Below, piece by piece: positions 53,163 to 63,200 of a stretch of DNA of 64,000 nucleotides. The position numbers and the translations under genes were made by a program. The notes under the pieces are model-generated. The model was not told the DNA's origin and searched no databases. It saw only the letters and a program-made list of their open reading frames with translations. The stretch is from positions 96,001-160,000 of the IMG/VR virus record IMGVR_UViG_2974670102_000001, one strand, 5' to 3'. This stretch comes from a virus. Its lineage: Duplodnaviria; Caudoviricetes. Position 1 is the first letter of the stretch; every line of letters starts with the position of its first letter.

Positions 53163-55118
53163 ATGTACACGCGCAATCGCATTCTCGGGGTCCATGGTGG
53201 CTCCATCAACGTAGACCCGGTTGGTGACAGTAACGTGGTTGCTGCCCGGGCAGTGCGCGCGAACATGATGCCTGTGACCGCGAACATGGGTTACGGCGGT
53301 CTGGGCCTCGGCGGCGGTTCCGGTGCCTCCACAAACGTCAACAGTTTCTGGGCATCGAACTATCAGTACATGATGACGGGCATCCTGCCCGCAGACCCCG
53401 GTCTTACCGATACTGCCAACCTGAAGCTGTTCTATCGGGACATCTACCTGTTCGACAGCACGGCCGGTTCCGCAATCGACATTCAGTCGCACTTCCCATT
53501 CTCGGACTGGGAATTGCGTGGCCTCACGGAGAAGGAACTTGCTCCGTTCAACGAGACGCTGATGCGCCTCAACATCCGCCAGATGCTGCCGTTGATCAGC
53601 ACTGCTTATCTGGTAGACGGATTCTTCTGCGGGTCCATGGTGTTCGATCCGCGTTCGCGCCAGTTCATGGATACGCTAATCCACGACGCGCTTTCCTGCA
53701 ACGTGCTTCCGTCGTCGTTCTTCTGCATCGATCCCGAGATCAGTGTGACTACGAGTCAGGCAACGCAGCAGATGTTGCATTCTGCCTCAGAGTACACGCG
53801 TCGCTATCTCGATTCGATGCCGCAGTCGTTTGTGAACCAGCTTCGCGACGGCGCGTTCACGTTGGACCCAGTGACCATGCTGTATGTGGCGCGTCGCTCC
53901 ACCACGGACCGTGCGTCGACCTCGTACCTGCACCGTATTCTCCCGATGTACCTGATCGAGAAGACGCTGTTCCGGGGCACGCTCACCGAGGCGCAACGAC
54001 GCCAGCGTGCAATGACCCACCTGACGGCCGGCGACGACAAGTGGACGCCGACTGGCGAAGAACTGAACGCGCTGGTCCGCACGTTCCAGCAGGCCGAATA
54101 CGATCCGCTCGGCGGCTGGGTGTCGACTCGTAACGCGGTTCAGGCGGTCGACATTCGACCCGGTGGTGACTTCTGGCGCTGGTACGATACGGCCGACGTT
54201 CTGGTGCCGTACAAGCTGCGTGCCATGGGCATCAGCGAGGCGTTCATGGAAGGCGACACTTCGTACGCGGCAGCAGAGTCTGCGTACTCGTCGTTCCTTG
54301 AGACCCAGAACTCGTACCGACAGTACCTGACGGACTCGATCTTCTACTCGAAGATTTTCCCGCTCGTCGCCGTCATCAACGACCTGTACAAGGACCCGAA
54401 GAAGCGTGCGCAGACCGGTCACGTCGTCGACTTCCTGTTCAACAAGGGCAACCGCCAGAACCTCAAGATGCCGCAGCTTCACTGGCACAAGAAGCTTGAG
54501 GTGAAGGGCGAAGAGAACATGATGGAAATGCTCGAACTCGCATCCGAGAAGGGCGTTCCAGTTCCGCTCAAGATGTGGATGGCAGCAGCCCAGATCGATC
54601 CGGAAGCGCTCGACCGCGACCTCAAGGAAGATCGTGCGTATCGCGCGATGCTCCAGAAGTACACGGGCAAGGACACCAGCTTCCAAGCCGAGACCGAGAA
54701 CATCAACAGCCCTTGGGTGGGCAAAGAGGGTGGATGGGGTCATGGTGGCCCGCGCAGTGATCGTGATGAAATGGAAGACCGTGGTATCGAGCGAGCCGAG
54801 GAACCCGAGTTGCGCGCCCTGTTCGAACGCACGGCCGCTGGTAACCGCACCAGCGAATCCTTCAACCTCAATAGCCGGGGCTACCGTCAGCCGCTGCTGG
54901 CACGTGAATTCGAAGGCGACTCGTGGACGTTGACGAAGACTGGCAAAATCAAGCACAACCCGAATCCGGTGAACGCTCGACGCCAGATGAACGACAACAT
55001 CTACAAGATCGCGAAGCGCGCGACACGCGATCCGAACTACCGTGCGGAGTTGAAGAAACGCAATATCGAAAAACGGGGAAGCGCGGTCCTGCGCCACAAC
55101 CCCGCACTCAAGGACTGA
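53163..55118 (+). CDS. Portal protein
   Basis: 651 aa, downstream of terminase; YRDIY..D, SYLHRIL, clip-like segment, MGISEAFMEGDTSYA typical of portals. Confidence 0.75.
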   Translation: MYTRNRILGVHGGSINVDPVGDSNVVAARAVRANMMPVTANMGYGGLGLGGGSGASTNVNSFWASNYQYMMTGILPADPGLTDTANLKLFYRDIYLFDSTAGSAIDIQSHFPFSDWELRGLTEKELAPFNETLMRLNIRQMLPLISTAYLVDGFFCGSMVFDPRSRQFMDTLIHDALSCNVLPSSFFCIDPEISVTTSQATQQMLHSASEYTRRYLDSMPQSFVNQLRDGAFTLDPVTMLYVARRSTTDRASTSYLHRILPMYLIEKTLFRGTLTEAQRRQRAMTHLTAGDDKWTPTGEELNALVRTFQQAEYDPLGGWVSTRNAVQAVDIRPGGDFWRWYDTADVLVPYKLRAMGISEAFMEGDTSYAAAESAYSSFLETQNSYRQYLTDSIFYSKIFPLVAVINDLYKDPKKRAQTGHVVDFLFNKGNRQNLKMPQLHWHKKLEVKGEENMMEMLELASEKGVPVPLKMWMAAAQIDPEALDRDLKEDRAYRAMLQKYTGKDTSFQAETENINSPWVGKEGGWGHGGPRSDRDEMEDRGIERAEEPELRALFERTAAGNRTSESFNLNSRGYRQPLLAREFEGDSWTLTKTGKIKHNPNPVNARRQMNDNIYKIAKRATRDPNYRAELKKRNIEKRGSAVLRHNPALKD

Positions 55119-55124
55119 CAAATT

Positions 55125-55367
55125 ATGTACTCCTTTCTTGTGAACTCTAGCCGACCGGACCCCAACGATTTCAGTTGGCACGTTTACTCGAAAGCTACAC
55201 CCACGGCAGTCAGCGCGAACCTCACGCTCGAAAAAGGCGTCAAGTTTGGGGTTCGCGCGCACCCGGTGTCGCAACACTCTGTTCAGGTGGTAGTCGCTGG
55301 TGCGTCGCGCGTCTATAGCGTGAGTGCCCACCGACTTCCCCGCCTCTCCAAAGGAGCACGAAAATGA
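55125..55367 (+). CDS. Hypothetical protein
   Basis: 80 aa. Confidence 0.6.
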   Translation: MYSFLVNSSRPDPNDFSWHVYSKATPTAVSANLTLEKGVKFGVRAHPVSQHSVQVVVAGASRVYSVSAHRLPRLSKGARK

Positions 55368-55810
55368 AGCCGAACATTCTGCACTGGGGAATCGTGTACG
55401 ACAGGTACACCCCGGCCGTCGAAGGGCAGATCGTTCGCGATCTGATCCTCGTCATCAATAAGGCACGTAGTGAGTACTCCGACGTAATCGTCGTGTGCGA
55501 ATCCGATGAGCCGCGTCGCGCGGTCGAAGCTCTTGGCATAGACCTCGATAACACGGTTGAACTCGCGAAATACTGGGTGCAGTACAAGACAGGAGAGCGC
55601 TGGCCCCCGGTCCCCGGCAACGCCCGAGCCATCGTTCAGCGTGACCTGTATCAGAAGCCCGCAAAGGTACGTATGGACCCGAGCGGTCGTGACAAGGGCT
55701 TCTTCCTGCCAGAACAGGGGAAGCCAAACAACAACTACCTGACGCTAAACCGGCCAGCGCCTAACGGCTATGCGCCGGTTGACCCGATTCTGGTGTCGTT
55801 GTGGACCTAA
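55364..55810 (+). CDS. Hypothetical protein
   Basis: AAGGAG RBS. Confidence 0.7.
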   Translation: MKPNILHWGIVYDRYTPAVEGQIVRDLILVINKARSEYSDVIVVCESDEPRRAVEALGIDLDNTVELAKYWVQYKTGERWPPVPGNARAIVQRDLYQKPAKVRMDPSGRDKGFFLPEQGKPNNNYLTLNRPAPNGYAPVDPILVSLWT

Positions 55811-55819
55811 AGGACGATC

Positions 55820-56089
55820 ATGGAGATCAATGCAGCAACTCGTTTGGTGGCAACCGAGAAATGGAGCCACGATGTGCACACGAAAAAGCATCCGCCTGAG
55901 CACAAGTTCAGCGACGGCTCTGCCGAGTCGATTGCGGAATGGGCGCGCAAGTCGCACGGTGGCGACACCAAGAAGGCGATGGATTCGCTCAACTTCTACA
56001 TCAACCGGGCCGGTCACAACCTGAGCGAAGAGCAGCGGTCGAAGGTCGAGCACGCCAAGAAGCTGTTGGGCGGCGGGGACAAAAAGTAA
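55820..56089 (+). CDS. DUF3175-like protein
   Basis: KWS...AMDSLNFYINRAGHNL...VEHAKKLL. Confidence 0.7.
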   Translation: MEINAATRLVATEKWSHDVHTKKHPPEHKFSDGSAESIAEWARKSHGGDTKKAMDSLNFYINRAGHNLSEEQRSKVEHAKKLLGGGDKK

Positions 56090-56312
56090 GTTCCCAATTT
56101 TATAGCGGTAATCCCGTGAGCGTATGGGACGTTTTTCTTCAGGCGAGTGTTGGTTTTGGGCCTGTACGCTGTTGTAGGAGAGGTCGTGCTTCGGCAGGCT
56201 GGTTCGCGGGAACCAGTTTAGACCTCTCCTTTCTTTTTGCCCCGGTGCTGGCAATCACCGTGAGGATCGCATATCTGCCAGCACAAAGGGCCTCAGTATA
56301 AGCGAGCGCCAA

Positions 56313-57062
56313 ATGAAGTCCCCCATGAATTTTTATGTGTACCAACTGAGGCGCGCGGATCAGTCCCTGCCATTCTATGTAGGCAAAGGGAAGGATGATC
56401 GCGCTTGGGACCATACGCGTCCCTACAACCTCCGAAAAGACAAGTCGTTCAAGGCGAACGTCATACGCGCTGCGCACAGGGAAGGCGTAGAGATTGTAGT
56501 TGAGATAGTGCACACGAACCTCACGAGTGTGGCCGCTATCGATCTTGAAGAATACTGGATTGATTTCTACGGACGCCGCGATACCGGCACAGGATGCTTA
56601 GCCAATCTCACAGATGGCCGTGAAGGCACGTCGGGATTCAAGTGGTCCGAAGAGGCTAAGGCCAAGCTCATGGAGGCGCTGGCAGTAGCTAACAACACCA
56701 GAGAGGCTAGGGCGGCTAAATCGAAAGCACTCCTTGGCAAGAAGCGTGTTGCTGAATTGAAGCCGCGCAAGAAGAAGCCGCTTTCCGGAAAACCTGATCG
56801 CATGACTCCGCAGGGACGGGCACGACAGCTTGAATCGATCGTTGGAAAGCCACTATCTGAAGAAACCAAGACTAAGCTGCGCGTGGTATGTGCTGGAGAA
56901 AAGGCGTACAACGCAAGCTTCACTGCACAGCAGGTAATGGAGATACGGGCAGAGCACGCCAAGGGTGAGAAGTCAGCCACTCAACTTGCCAAGGACTACG
57001 GAGTATCCCTATCGGCCATGGGCAAATTGATTAACAGGCAGACGTATAAGGAGGTCCCATGA
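56313..57062 (+). CDS. GIY-YIG homing endonuclease with NUMOD3-like/HTH tail
   Basis: FYVYQL...FYVGKG...R; LANLTDG; LSEETKTKL. Confidence 0.85.
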   Translation: MKSPMNFYVYQLRRADQSLPFYVGKGKDDRAWDHTRPYNLRKDKSFKANVIRAAHREGVEIVVEIVHTNLTSVAAIDLEEYWIDFYGRRDTGTGCLANLTDGREGTSGFKWSEEAKAKLMEALAVANNTREARAAKSKALLGKKRVAELKPRKKKPLSGKPDRMTPQGRARQLESIVGKPLSEETKTKLRVVCAGEKAYNASFTAQQVMEIRAEHAKGEKSATQLAKDYGVSLSAMGKLINRQTYKEVP

Positions 57063-58207
57063 GTTTTTTGAGCGACGCAGTATCAAGAGCTACCCAGCAG
57101 ATTAAGACTGGCGTGAACTCACAAATTAGCAGACAGGTTCAAGGTATCAAGGGCGCAGTGTCCAGTGCCGAGAACGCTGTAGTAAACGCAGCGGCAGGTG
57201 TCGTAAATAATACGGTACGCACTGCTGTTGGCACCGCCATTGGCGCAGCCGCAGACCTATTGTCCGGTAACCCGGGAGGTGCGCTGACGACTCTGGCCAA
57301 TGCGCCAGAAAAGATTTTGGGCTCTGCACTAGGCGGCCTAGGCGGCTTTGCCGGGCCTTCGTCACTGGACCTAACGGGCCCGGGGACGCTATCGGAAATG
57401 TCGAGTTCGGGTGGTATCAACCCGGGCGACAACTTGTTCGGTGCCCTAAACCGCACGGACCCGATGATGAACTACAGTTGGTACTGCCAACTTCCGGTGA
57501 TCAGTCCGGGCTCCACGCAATCGGAATCTCCCACATCTGGTTCGATTCTCGGGAACTTGGCAGGTAGCCTAGGCAACATCCTGAAGTCGAGTATCGCAGG
57601 TTCCGTCAGCACGAGCGGAAGCGCGCAGCTTCCATGGTACTTCGTGGAGGGCGCTACGTGCCCGTTCCGTCAGTACGACACGGTGACGATCTTCCGTGAG
57701 GGCCGAGACCGCAAGTACCCGTCGAAGTATTCGGTGGACAACCTGCAACTTACGATGTACGCGGACTCCGCAAACCAAACCTTCCAGTACCTGCAAGCGT
57801 GGAACAACGCGATCCTGACGCCCTTCGGCGCGACGGCCGCTGCAACCATGGGCGGGGGCTGGGGACGCCCGAGCGACTACAAGAAGCCGATCTTCATCTA
57901 CCTGCTGGACGTTACGAATCAGGTAGTAGCCCTAATCGAATACGTGGAATGCTGGCCCGTGTCCGTCGAGCAGTACACATTGGAGTCCGGCTCTAGCCAG
58001 CGTGTTGTCAACCGCGTGAACTTCTCGGTCGGTGACGTGTTCATCAACCTGATGGAAGTGTCGAGCGATCTGATCGGTGAGGTGCTGTACAACGCAGGTG
58101 CAAGTGCAGTGAACGCAGGTGTGAGCGCCGTGGGCGGTTTGGCCCAGCAAGGCTTGAACACCGCAATCAATTCCATGAGCGGCGCGCTCGATGGAATTTT
58201 CTCATAA
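57059..58207 (+). CDS. Tail tube-fold / baseplate protein (tube initiator-like)
   Basis: YLQAW...DYKKPIFIYLLD....ECWPVSV....L pattern; Gly/Ser-rich termini. Confidence 0.6.
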   Translation: MSFLSDAVSRATQQIKTGVNSQISRQVQGIKGAVSSAENAVVNAAAGVVNNTVRTAVGTAIGAAADLLSGNPGGALTTLANAPEKILGSALGGLGGFAGPSSLDLTGPGTLSEMSSSGGINPGDNLFGALNRTDPMMNYSWYCQLPVISPGSTQSESPTSGSILGNLAGSLGNILKSSIAGSVSTSGSAQLPWYFVEGATCPFRQYDTVTIFREGRDRKYPSKYSVDNLQLTMYADSANQTFQYLQAWNNAILTPFGATAAATMGGGWGRPSDYKKPIFIYLLDVTNQVVALIEYVECWPVSVEQYTLESGSSQRVVNRVNFSVGDVFINLMEVSSDLIGEVLYNAGASAVNAGVSAVGGLAQQGLNTAINSMSGALDGIFS

Positions 58208-58221
58208 GTAGGTAGACCTAA

Positions 58222-59652
58222 ATGTCCGAACAAAACTACGTACCGCAATCCCAGACGACTAGCTTCTCTGCGTTTCCAGCAGACAGGCAAGCCGAACTGG
58301 CTCGCATTCAGGCCAACAAGATGCAGAGCCTAGCGCATCTGCCTATGCCCGTGAAGATGCCGGACGGCACGGAACATCCGGGTCACCCGGGCGGCCCACG
58401 CGGCCCGCAGCACGTAGGCGCAGCAGCCCGACAGGCCGCGCGTCCCACGCACATGCCACAGGGGCCAGTGCTTGCGACCATCGACCCTAACCTCCAGATG
58501 CCTGCCTCTGCGCCTCCTGCCGTTCGACCGGGTGTAGCAGTCCATCGACAAGCAGAGCAGCAAGCGGATGCCATGTTCGCAGCCGCAGCCGGGGGCTTTA
58601 CGTCGCCCGTACCGCAGCCTCTTCCGGTGCCGGTCCCTAACACGCCTCCGGTGGCACACGCGATGGTTCCGCAGCATCAGTTCCATGCAGCGCCGATCCC
58701 GACTCCGCAGCCTATGGCACCTGCACCCGTAGCCCCGAACTTGGTTCAGGCGTACGTGAATCAGGTGGCGACGCAGCATCCCGGCGTCATTAACCCGGTG
58801 GCGGATTCCGAGTACATGTCGGTCGAGCTTCCCTCGCGTTTCTCCTATTACGGATTTACCGACCTGTACGTGTGTCCGTTCCGGGCGAAGCATCTGAGCA
58901 AGCTTCAGAAGGCGCATCGTGAGCAGTCGTTGCTTGCCATGGTCGAAGCCGTATCGGCAGTGTGCTATACGACAAGCCCTGAATACGCGGGTCGTCCGAT
59001 GGCGTTCGAACTCACGCTCCCTGACTTCTTCTTCGTCCTGTACTGGCTGCGCCTGAACTCGTTCACGAAGAGCAACTACGTGCACAACACGGTGTGCGAA
59101 GACAAGGGCCACGTAAAGCGCGTGTCATACACGCTGAACGCGCGCGAGTTCGATGAGCAGGTGGCTCGTGGTGATATGACGGCAGAGGAACGGGCACAGA
59201 TCGCGGCACTTGCGCTGCCCCCGGAATCGCTGAAGCTGTCGCAGATCATCACGCAGACCAACATGAAGGTTCGCGAACTGGAGACAAAGCCGGACCCGGC
59301 AGTCTACTGTCTGGCCGACGCGCCGGAACTGATCATGCGGCCCCCGACCATGCGCGATGTTCTGGAGTTTGCAGAGTCCCCAGAAATGAAGGACCCCGAA
59401 CAACGTTCGGAATTCTCGTTCTTGGCGCAACTCGCGACTCATATCCAGCACACTGCTGGCTACCTGACGCTGCGTCAACGCCTCGACATCGTTGGCGAGT
59501 GCTCGGCTGATCAGGTATCGCTGATCAAGGACTTCGAGAACCAGTTGAAAGACTACGGTGTCGAAGAGCGTGTACGTATCCAGTGCAAGGAGTGTGGTGC
59601 GGTCTCGGAGACGAAGTTGTCTCTGGCCGCCCACAGCTTCTTTCCCTCTTAA
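58222..59652 (+). CDS. Baseplate hub / tail assembly chaperone-like protein
   Basis: Pro-rich N-terminus; ELPS, DFFFVLYWLR.NS, RPPTMRD, CKECG, C-terminal FFP. Confidence 0.65.
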   Translation: MSEQNYVPQSQTTSFSAFPADRQAELARIQANKMQSLAHLPMPVKMPDGTEHPGHPGGPRGPQHVGAAARQAARPTHMPQGPVLATIDPNLQMPASAPPAVRPGVAVHRQAEQQADAMFAAAAGGFTSPVPQPLPVPVPNTPPVAHAMVPQHQFHAAPIPTPQPMAPAPVAPNLVQAYVNQVATQHPGVINPVADSEYMSVELPSRFSYYGFTDLYVCPFRAKHLSKLQKAHREQSLLAMVEAVSAVCYTTSPEYAGRPMAFELTLPDFFFVLYWLRLNSFTKSNYVHNTVCEDKGHVKRVSYTLNAREFDEQVARGDMTAEERAQIAALALPPESLKLSQIITQTNMKVRELETKPDPAVYCLADAPELIMRPPTMRDVLEFAESPEMKDPEQRSEFSFLAQLATHIQHTAGYLTLRQRLDIVGECSADQVSLIKDFENQLKDYGVEERVRIQCKECGAVSETKLSLAAHSFFPS

Positions 59653-59668
59653 TAGCAGCAAGGACACG

Positions 59669-59821
59669 ATGGAACGGTACAACCTGATCGTTTCGGAGTA
59701 CGGTGTATATCCTCCGGACGACATGCCGATCTATCGCTTCCAGCAACTCAGTGAGTCGGCGCAGGCGCGTCGCGACAAGCGGATCGAGGCTGCTGAGAAG
59801 GGACACACTTTCGTAGGCTAA
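59669..59821 (+). CDS. Small tail-assembly protein (possibly also a frameshift extension of the upstream gene)
   Basis: AAGGA RBS + ATG; frame is open from 59558. Confidence 0.55.
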   Translation: MERYNLIVSEYGVYPPDDMPIYRFQQLSESAQARRDKRIEAAEKGHTFVG

Positions 59822-59833
59822 CAGAGGTGAGCC

Positions 59834-61717
59834 ATGCCACAATTCAGTAGTGATTACGAAAGGCGCAAGTGGCAGTCGTTGCAGAATTCAGCGGGCGCGT
59901 CGCTCACGCATATCGTTCAGGGCCGTGCGTCCATGGCCGACGTGCAAAAGGTGACGACCGCGCTGAATGGTCTCAACAAGCTGGCGGCCGACGTGTTCTC
60001 ACGTGCCGTTAGCGCTGCCGAAGTTCAGGCCAAGAAGTTCGAGGCTCAGTACGAGCAGGTCCGAATGGATCAAGCTATCGACACGCTGACCTCGTTCGAA
60101 ATGGCGCTGAACGAAGCGCTTAAACCGCTGGTGCCTGAGTTGATGTCGAATATTCAAGAGGCTCTTGCTCTTGAGTTGTACGAAGCAACCGACGCACTGC
60201 AAAACAATCTGGGTCGAAAGTTCGATCATCTGCGCGAACTGATGCCCCCGAAGGACTTGCCAACCGTCAACGACGTGCTGGCGGCCAATGAACTGCTGGT
60301 CGAAGAGATCGGCCGTGTTGACGATGATAAGTGGGGACGACGCGAGCCCGTTCTTATAGACAAGATTGCCGACGTATTCCGTGGAACACTGCGTGATCTG
60401 GCTGACCAGATCAATCGTGAGCGCGCGGCCCAGCGTCAGGCTCAGGGTGGTTCGCGTCACCTCAGTCTGGAAGGGCCGAAGGGCCATGCCACGGTCGAAG
60501 TGCCGATGGTCGAGGAATCACCTATCATGTCGCGGGTCTCGGGGCTTCTGGGCGCACCTTCTGGTGCCACAGCAGCTTCGGGGCCTGTTGGCGCATCTGG
60601 TTCCCACCAAACTGCGTCGACTTCCATAGCGAGCGGTGCACTCGCCGCAGCCAATGGCCAGCGCACCAGCATCACGCTAAGCCACTCTGCCGAGAACGCA
60701 ATCGAGAACGCTGCCAATCACCAGACGGAGTTGTACAAGCGATTGTTCGACTTCCTAAGTGGTCGCAAGGGCTCGCAGGGTTCTGGTGATCACGATGGTG
60801 TGCAAGGTGCACTGGACGAGGAAGAAAAGGCTGACATCTGGTGGCGCTCATTCCGGAACTGGATGGGTCGTGACCTAGGTAAATCGCGCAAGAAGAGTGA
60901 GAAAGACGACGGTCCGTTCAAATGGCTCAAATGGCTGAAGGGACTGGGCCCCGTACTGCTATCTATGGTCACGAACCCAGAACTCTATCGGGCTATGGGA
61001 GAGTTGATCGAGAAGTACGTGACGTGGGATAACGTCAAGACCGCATTCAGCGCTGCGTGGGACTTTGTGGCCAAGGAAGCATCAGACACCATCGACTGGG
61101 TTATGGACAAGCTGCACCTGAAGGAAGTGGGTGAGTGGCTTGCCAAGCAAGGCAAGGGGATGGCTGAGAAGGTCGGGAAGTTCTTCGGCATCAATGAGAA
61201 CACCGGCAAGATCGGTAACGACATGAGCGGGGGCGGCGGTGAGAACCCCGACTTCGACAAGTCGCGAACGGGCGATCCGTACAAGAACGGCGGCCCTCCG
61301 GGTGCCGCAGCCGGTGTCTCTATGCCGGTGCCAGTTGGTAAGGACGGCCAACCGCTTCCGAATGCGCGCTCCGAGAAGGGCGACACGTACGTAAGCAAGT
61401 TGATGCAGAGCATAGGCTTGAACGCGGGTGATTCGTCGACCTATCAACAGGCGCTGATCAACAATCGCTCGACGCTGGTCACGCCTGCGGGCCTAACGGG
61501 CATGCGTGGAACGTACTCGGTCCCACAAAACCCTGCGATGATGAAGCCCGGCGTCTCGATTGATCCCAATGCAGTGGGCGTCATAGCCGAGTCCTCGGAG
61601 TTCACGCTCCCGGGTGCTGCAAAGGGCACAACGCAGGTTGGCATTGACACGTTCGGCTTCCAAGCAGCCTCGTCCGATTCGCTGCTGATGATGAACACGC
61701 ACTTCTTCACATCATGA
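59834..61717 (+). CDS. Tape-measure-like / tail protein
   Basis: Helical N-terminus, W-spaced amphipathic segments, position after the chaperone. Confidence 0.55.
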   Translation: MPQFSSDYERRKWQSLQNSAGASLTHIVQGRASMADVQKVTTALNGLNKLAADVFSRAVSAAEVQAKKFEAQYEQVRMDQAIDTLTSFEMALNEALKPLVPELMSNIQEALALELYEATDALQNNLGRKFDHLRELMPPKDLPTVNDVLAANELLVEEIGRVDDDKWGRREPVLIDKIADVFRGTLRDLADQINRERAAQRQAQGGSRHLSLEGPKGHATVEVPMVEESPIMSRVSGLLGAPSGATAASGPVGASGSHQTASTSIASGALAAANGQRTSITLSHSAENAIENAANHQTELYKRLFDFLSGRKGSQGSGDHDGVQGALDEEEKADIWWRSFRNWMGRDLGKSRKKSEKDDGPFKWLKWLKGLGPVLLSMVTNPELYRAMGELIEKYVTWDNVKTAFSAAWDFVAKEASDTIDWVMDKLHLKEVGEWLAKQGKGMAEKVGKFFGINENTGKIGNDMSGGGGENPDFDKSRTGDPYKNGGPPGAAAGVSMPVPVGKDGQPLPNARSEKGDTYVSKLMQSIGLNAGDSSTYQQALINNRSTLVTPAGLTGMRGTYSVPQNPAMMKPGVSIDPNAVGVIAESSEFTLPGAAKGTTQVGIDTFGFQAASSDSLLMMNTHFFTS

Positions 61718-63192
61718 ACCTGACCGACGCCCTAGCGTGGACGGGGCCTAGCCCCTCCACCGTTAATTCGCATGACGCGGAACCGCTTAGCACTCGTCTG
61801 GACTACCTATCCGAGTCGATGGACCTTGAAACGTTCATAGACCACACGATGTATCCCAATGAGCAGCGCGTATCCGAAATGGAGTGGACGCTTTCTGGTC
61901 TAGCGAACTGGGGGGCGTCCGGACACAACAGCAGTGGTGATGGGGTTGAGCATCTGATCTCGTGGCCGCTGTTCAATTACCTGAAGCAGTCAGGACACCT
62001 TGATAATGGCGAGAGTCGTGATGGCTTCATGGCCAACGTCAGGTTGCGTCTCGACAAGATTCTCAAGCGCTTTGTGAAGAAGAGGCTCAAGAAGTGGTTC
62101 TGGCGATTCCTGCGCAAGGTCTTGAAGAAGGCCGTGCGTATTCTGTGGAACGCAGCACGCTGGATCATCGAGAACACATTCCGCGCGATTATCCGGCTAC
62201 TCGTACGCCCACTCATCGTTGGCGTGCTTGAGTTGATCGGCCTGAACCCGGAACTATGGCCATTCATTGCAGTGGCTGGCGGTATAGCGGTAGGCGGCTG
62301 GTGGGCTTGGAACAAGTTCTTCGGAGACAAGGCCCATGACACCACAGGCACTATCGTTGACACCGCAATGACCGTCGTCGGGCCGTCAGGCGCAGAGGCC
62401 CCTATAGGCGCAGGTGCTCCGATGGCGGCAAACGCGCCCGGAACCCGCTATGCTCCGGCCACCGAATTGAGCGGCCTGATCGCACGTGGTGAAGGTGACT
62501 ACAACGTGGTCAACTACGGCACGCGCGTCAAGGACAAGAAAAAGCGCAAGAGGGCAGGCACCGAAGACCTTGAGAACATGACCGTCAACGAGGTCATGCA
62601 GCATCAGCAGGCCGGTGACTTCAACGCTGCTGGTCGCTACCAGATCATCACGGACACAATGCCTGAGATTGTCCGTGGAATGGGCCTTACTGGTAATGAG
62701 AAGTTCGACAGGACTACTCAGGACCGCATGTTCAACTACCTGATCACGGTGAAGCGCCGACCCATTGGTGACTACATCAGTGGTCGCTCAAATGATTTGA
62801 ACGCCGCTATCTACGCAGCGTCCATGGAGTGGGCTTCGGTGGCAGCACCCGCTGGTATGCCGCTGTTCAAGAAGAAAAAGACCGACGTTACGCGTTATGG
62901 CGACGGAGAAACTTCGTACTACTCAGGAGTTCAGGGTAATCGGGCTTCGATACCTGCGATTGAAATGGGTGAAATGCTGGAGCGCGAGCGTATACGCGCG
63001 GCTGGCGGCCAGACCCAGACGCAGCAGTCGACGGTTCAAACACGTGACGGTACGACCATGGCGCAGGCGGATGCAGTGAAGGCCCGGCAGCGACAGGCAC
63101 AGCCACGTGGTGCACCACCGCCACAGCAGCAACAAAAAGACAAGGAAATCATACTCGGAAAGAACGGTGAACTAATCAACGTAACTTCGTAG
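61714..63192 (+). CDS. Tail-associated lysozyme-fold muramidase/transglycosylase
   Basis: IARGEGDYN...TVNEV...AAGRYQII...FD..TQD...EWAS. Confidence 0.75.
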   Translation: MNLTDALAWTGPSPSTVNSHDAEPLSTRLDYLSESMDLETFIDHTMYPNEQRVSEMEWTLSGLANWGASGHNSSGDGVEHLISWPLFNYLKQSGHLDNGESRDGFMANVRLRLDKILKRFVKKRLKKWFWRFLRKVLKKAVRILWNAARWIIENTFRAIIRLLVRPLIVGVLELIGLNPELWPFIAVAGGIAVGGWWAWNKFFGDKAHDTTGTIVDTAMTVVGPSGAEAPIGAGAPMAANAPGTRYAPATELSGLIARGEGDYNVVNYGTRVKDKKKRKRAGTEDLENMTVNEVMQHQQAGDFNAAGRYQIITDTMPEIVRGMGLTGNEKFDRTTQDRMFNYLITVKRRPIGDYISGRSNDLNAAIYAASMEWASVAAPAGMPLFKKKKTDVTRYGDGETSYYSGVQGNRASIPAIEMGEMLERERIRAAGGQTQTQQSTVQTRDGTTMAQADAVKARQRQAQPRGAPPPQQQQKDKEIILGKNGELINVTS

Positions 63193-63200
63193 GATTCATT

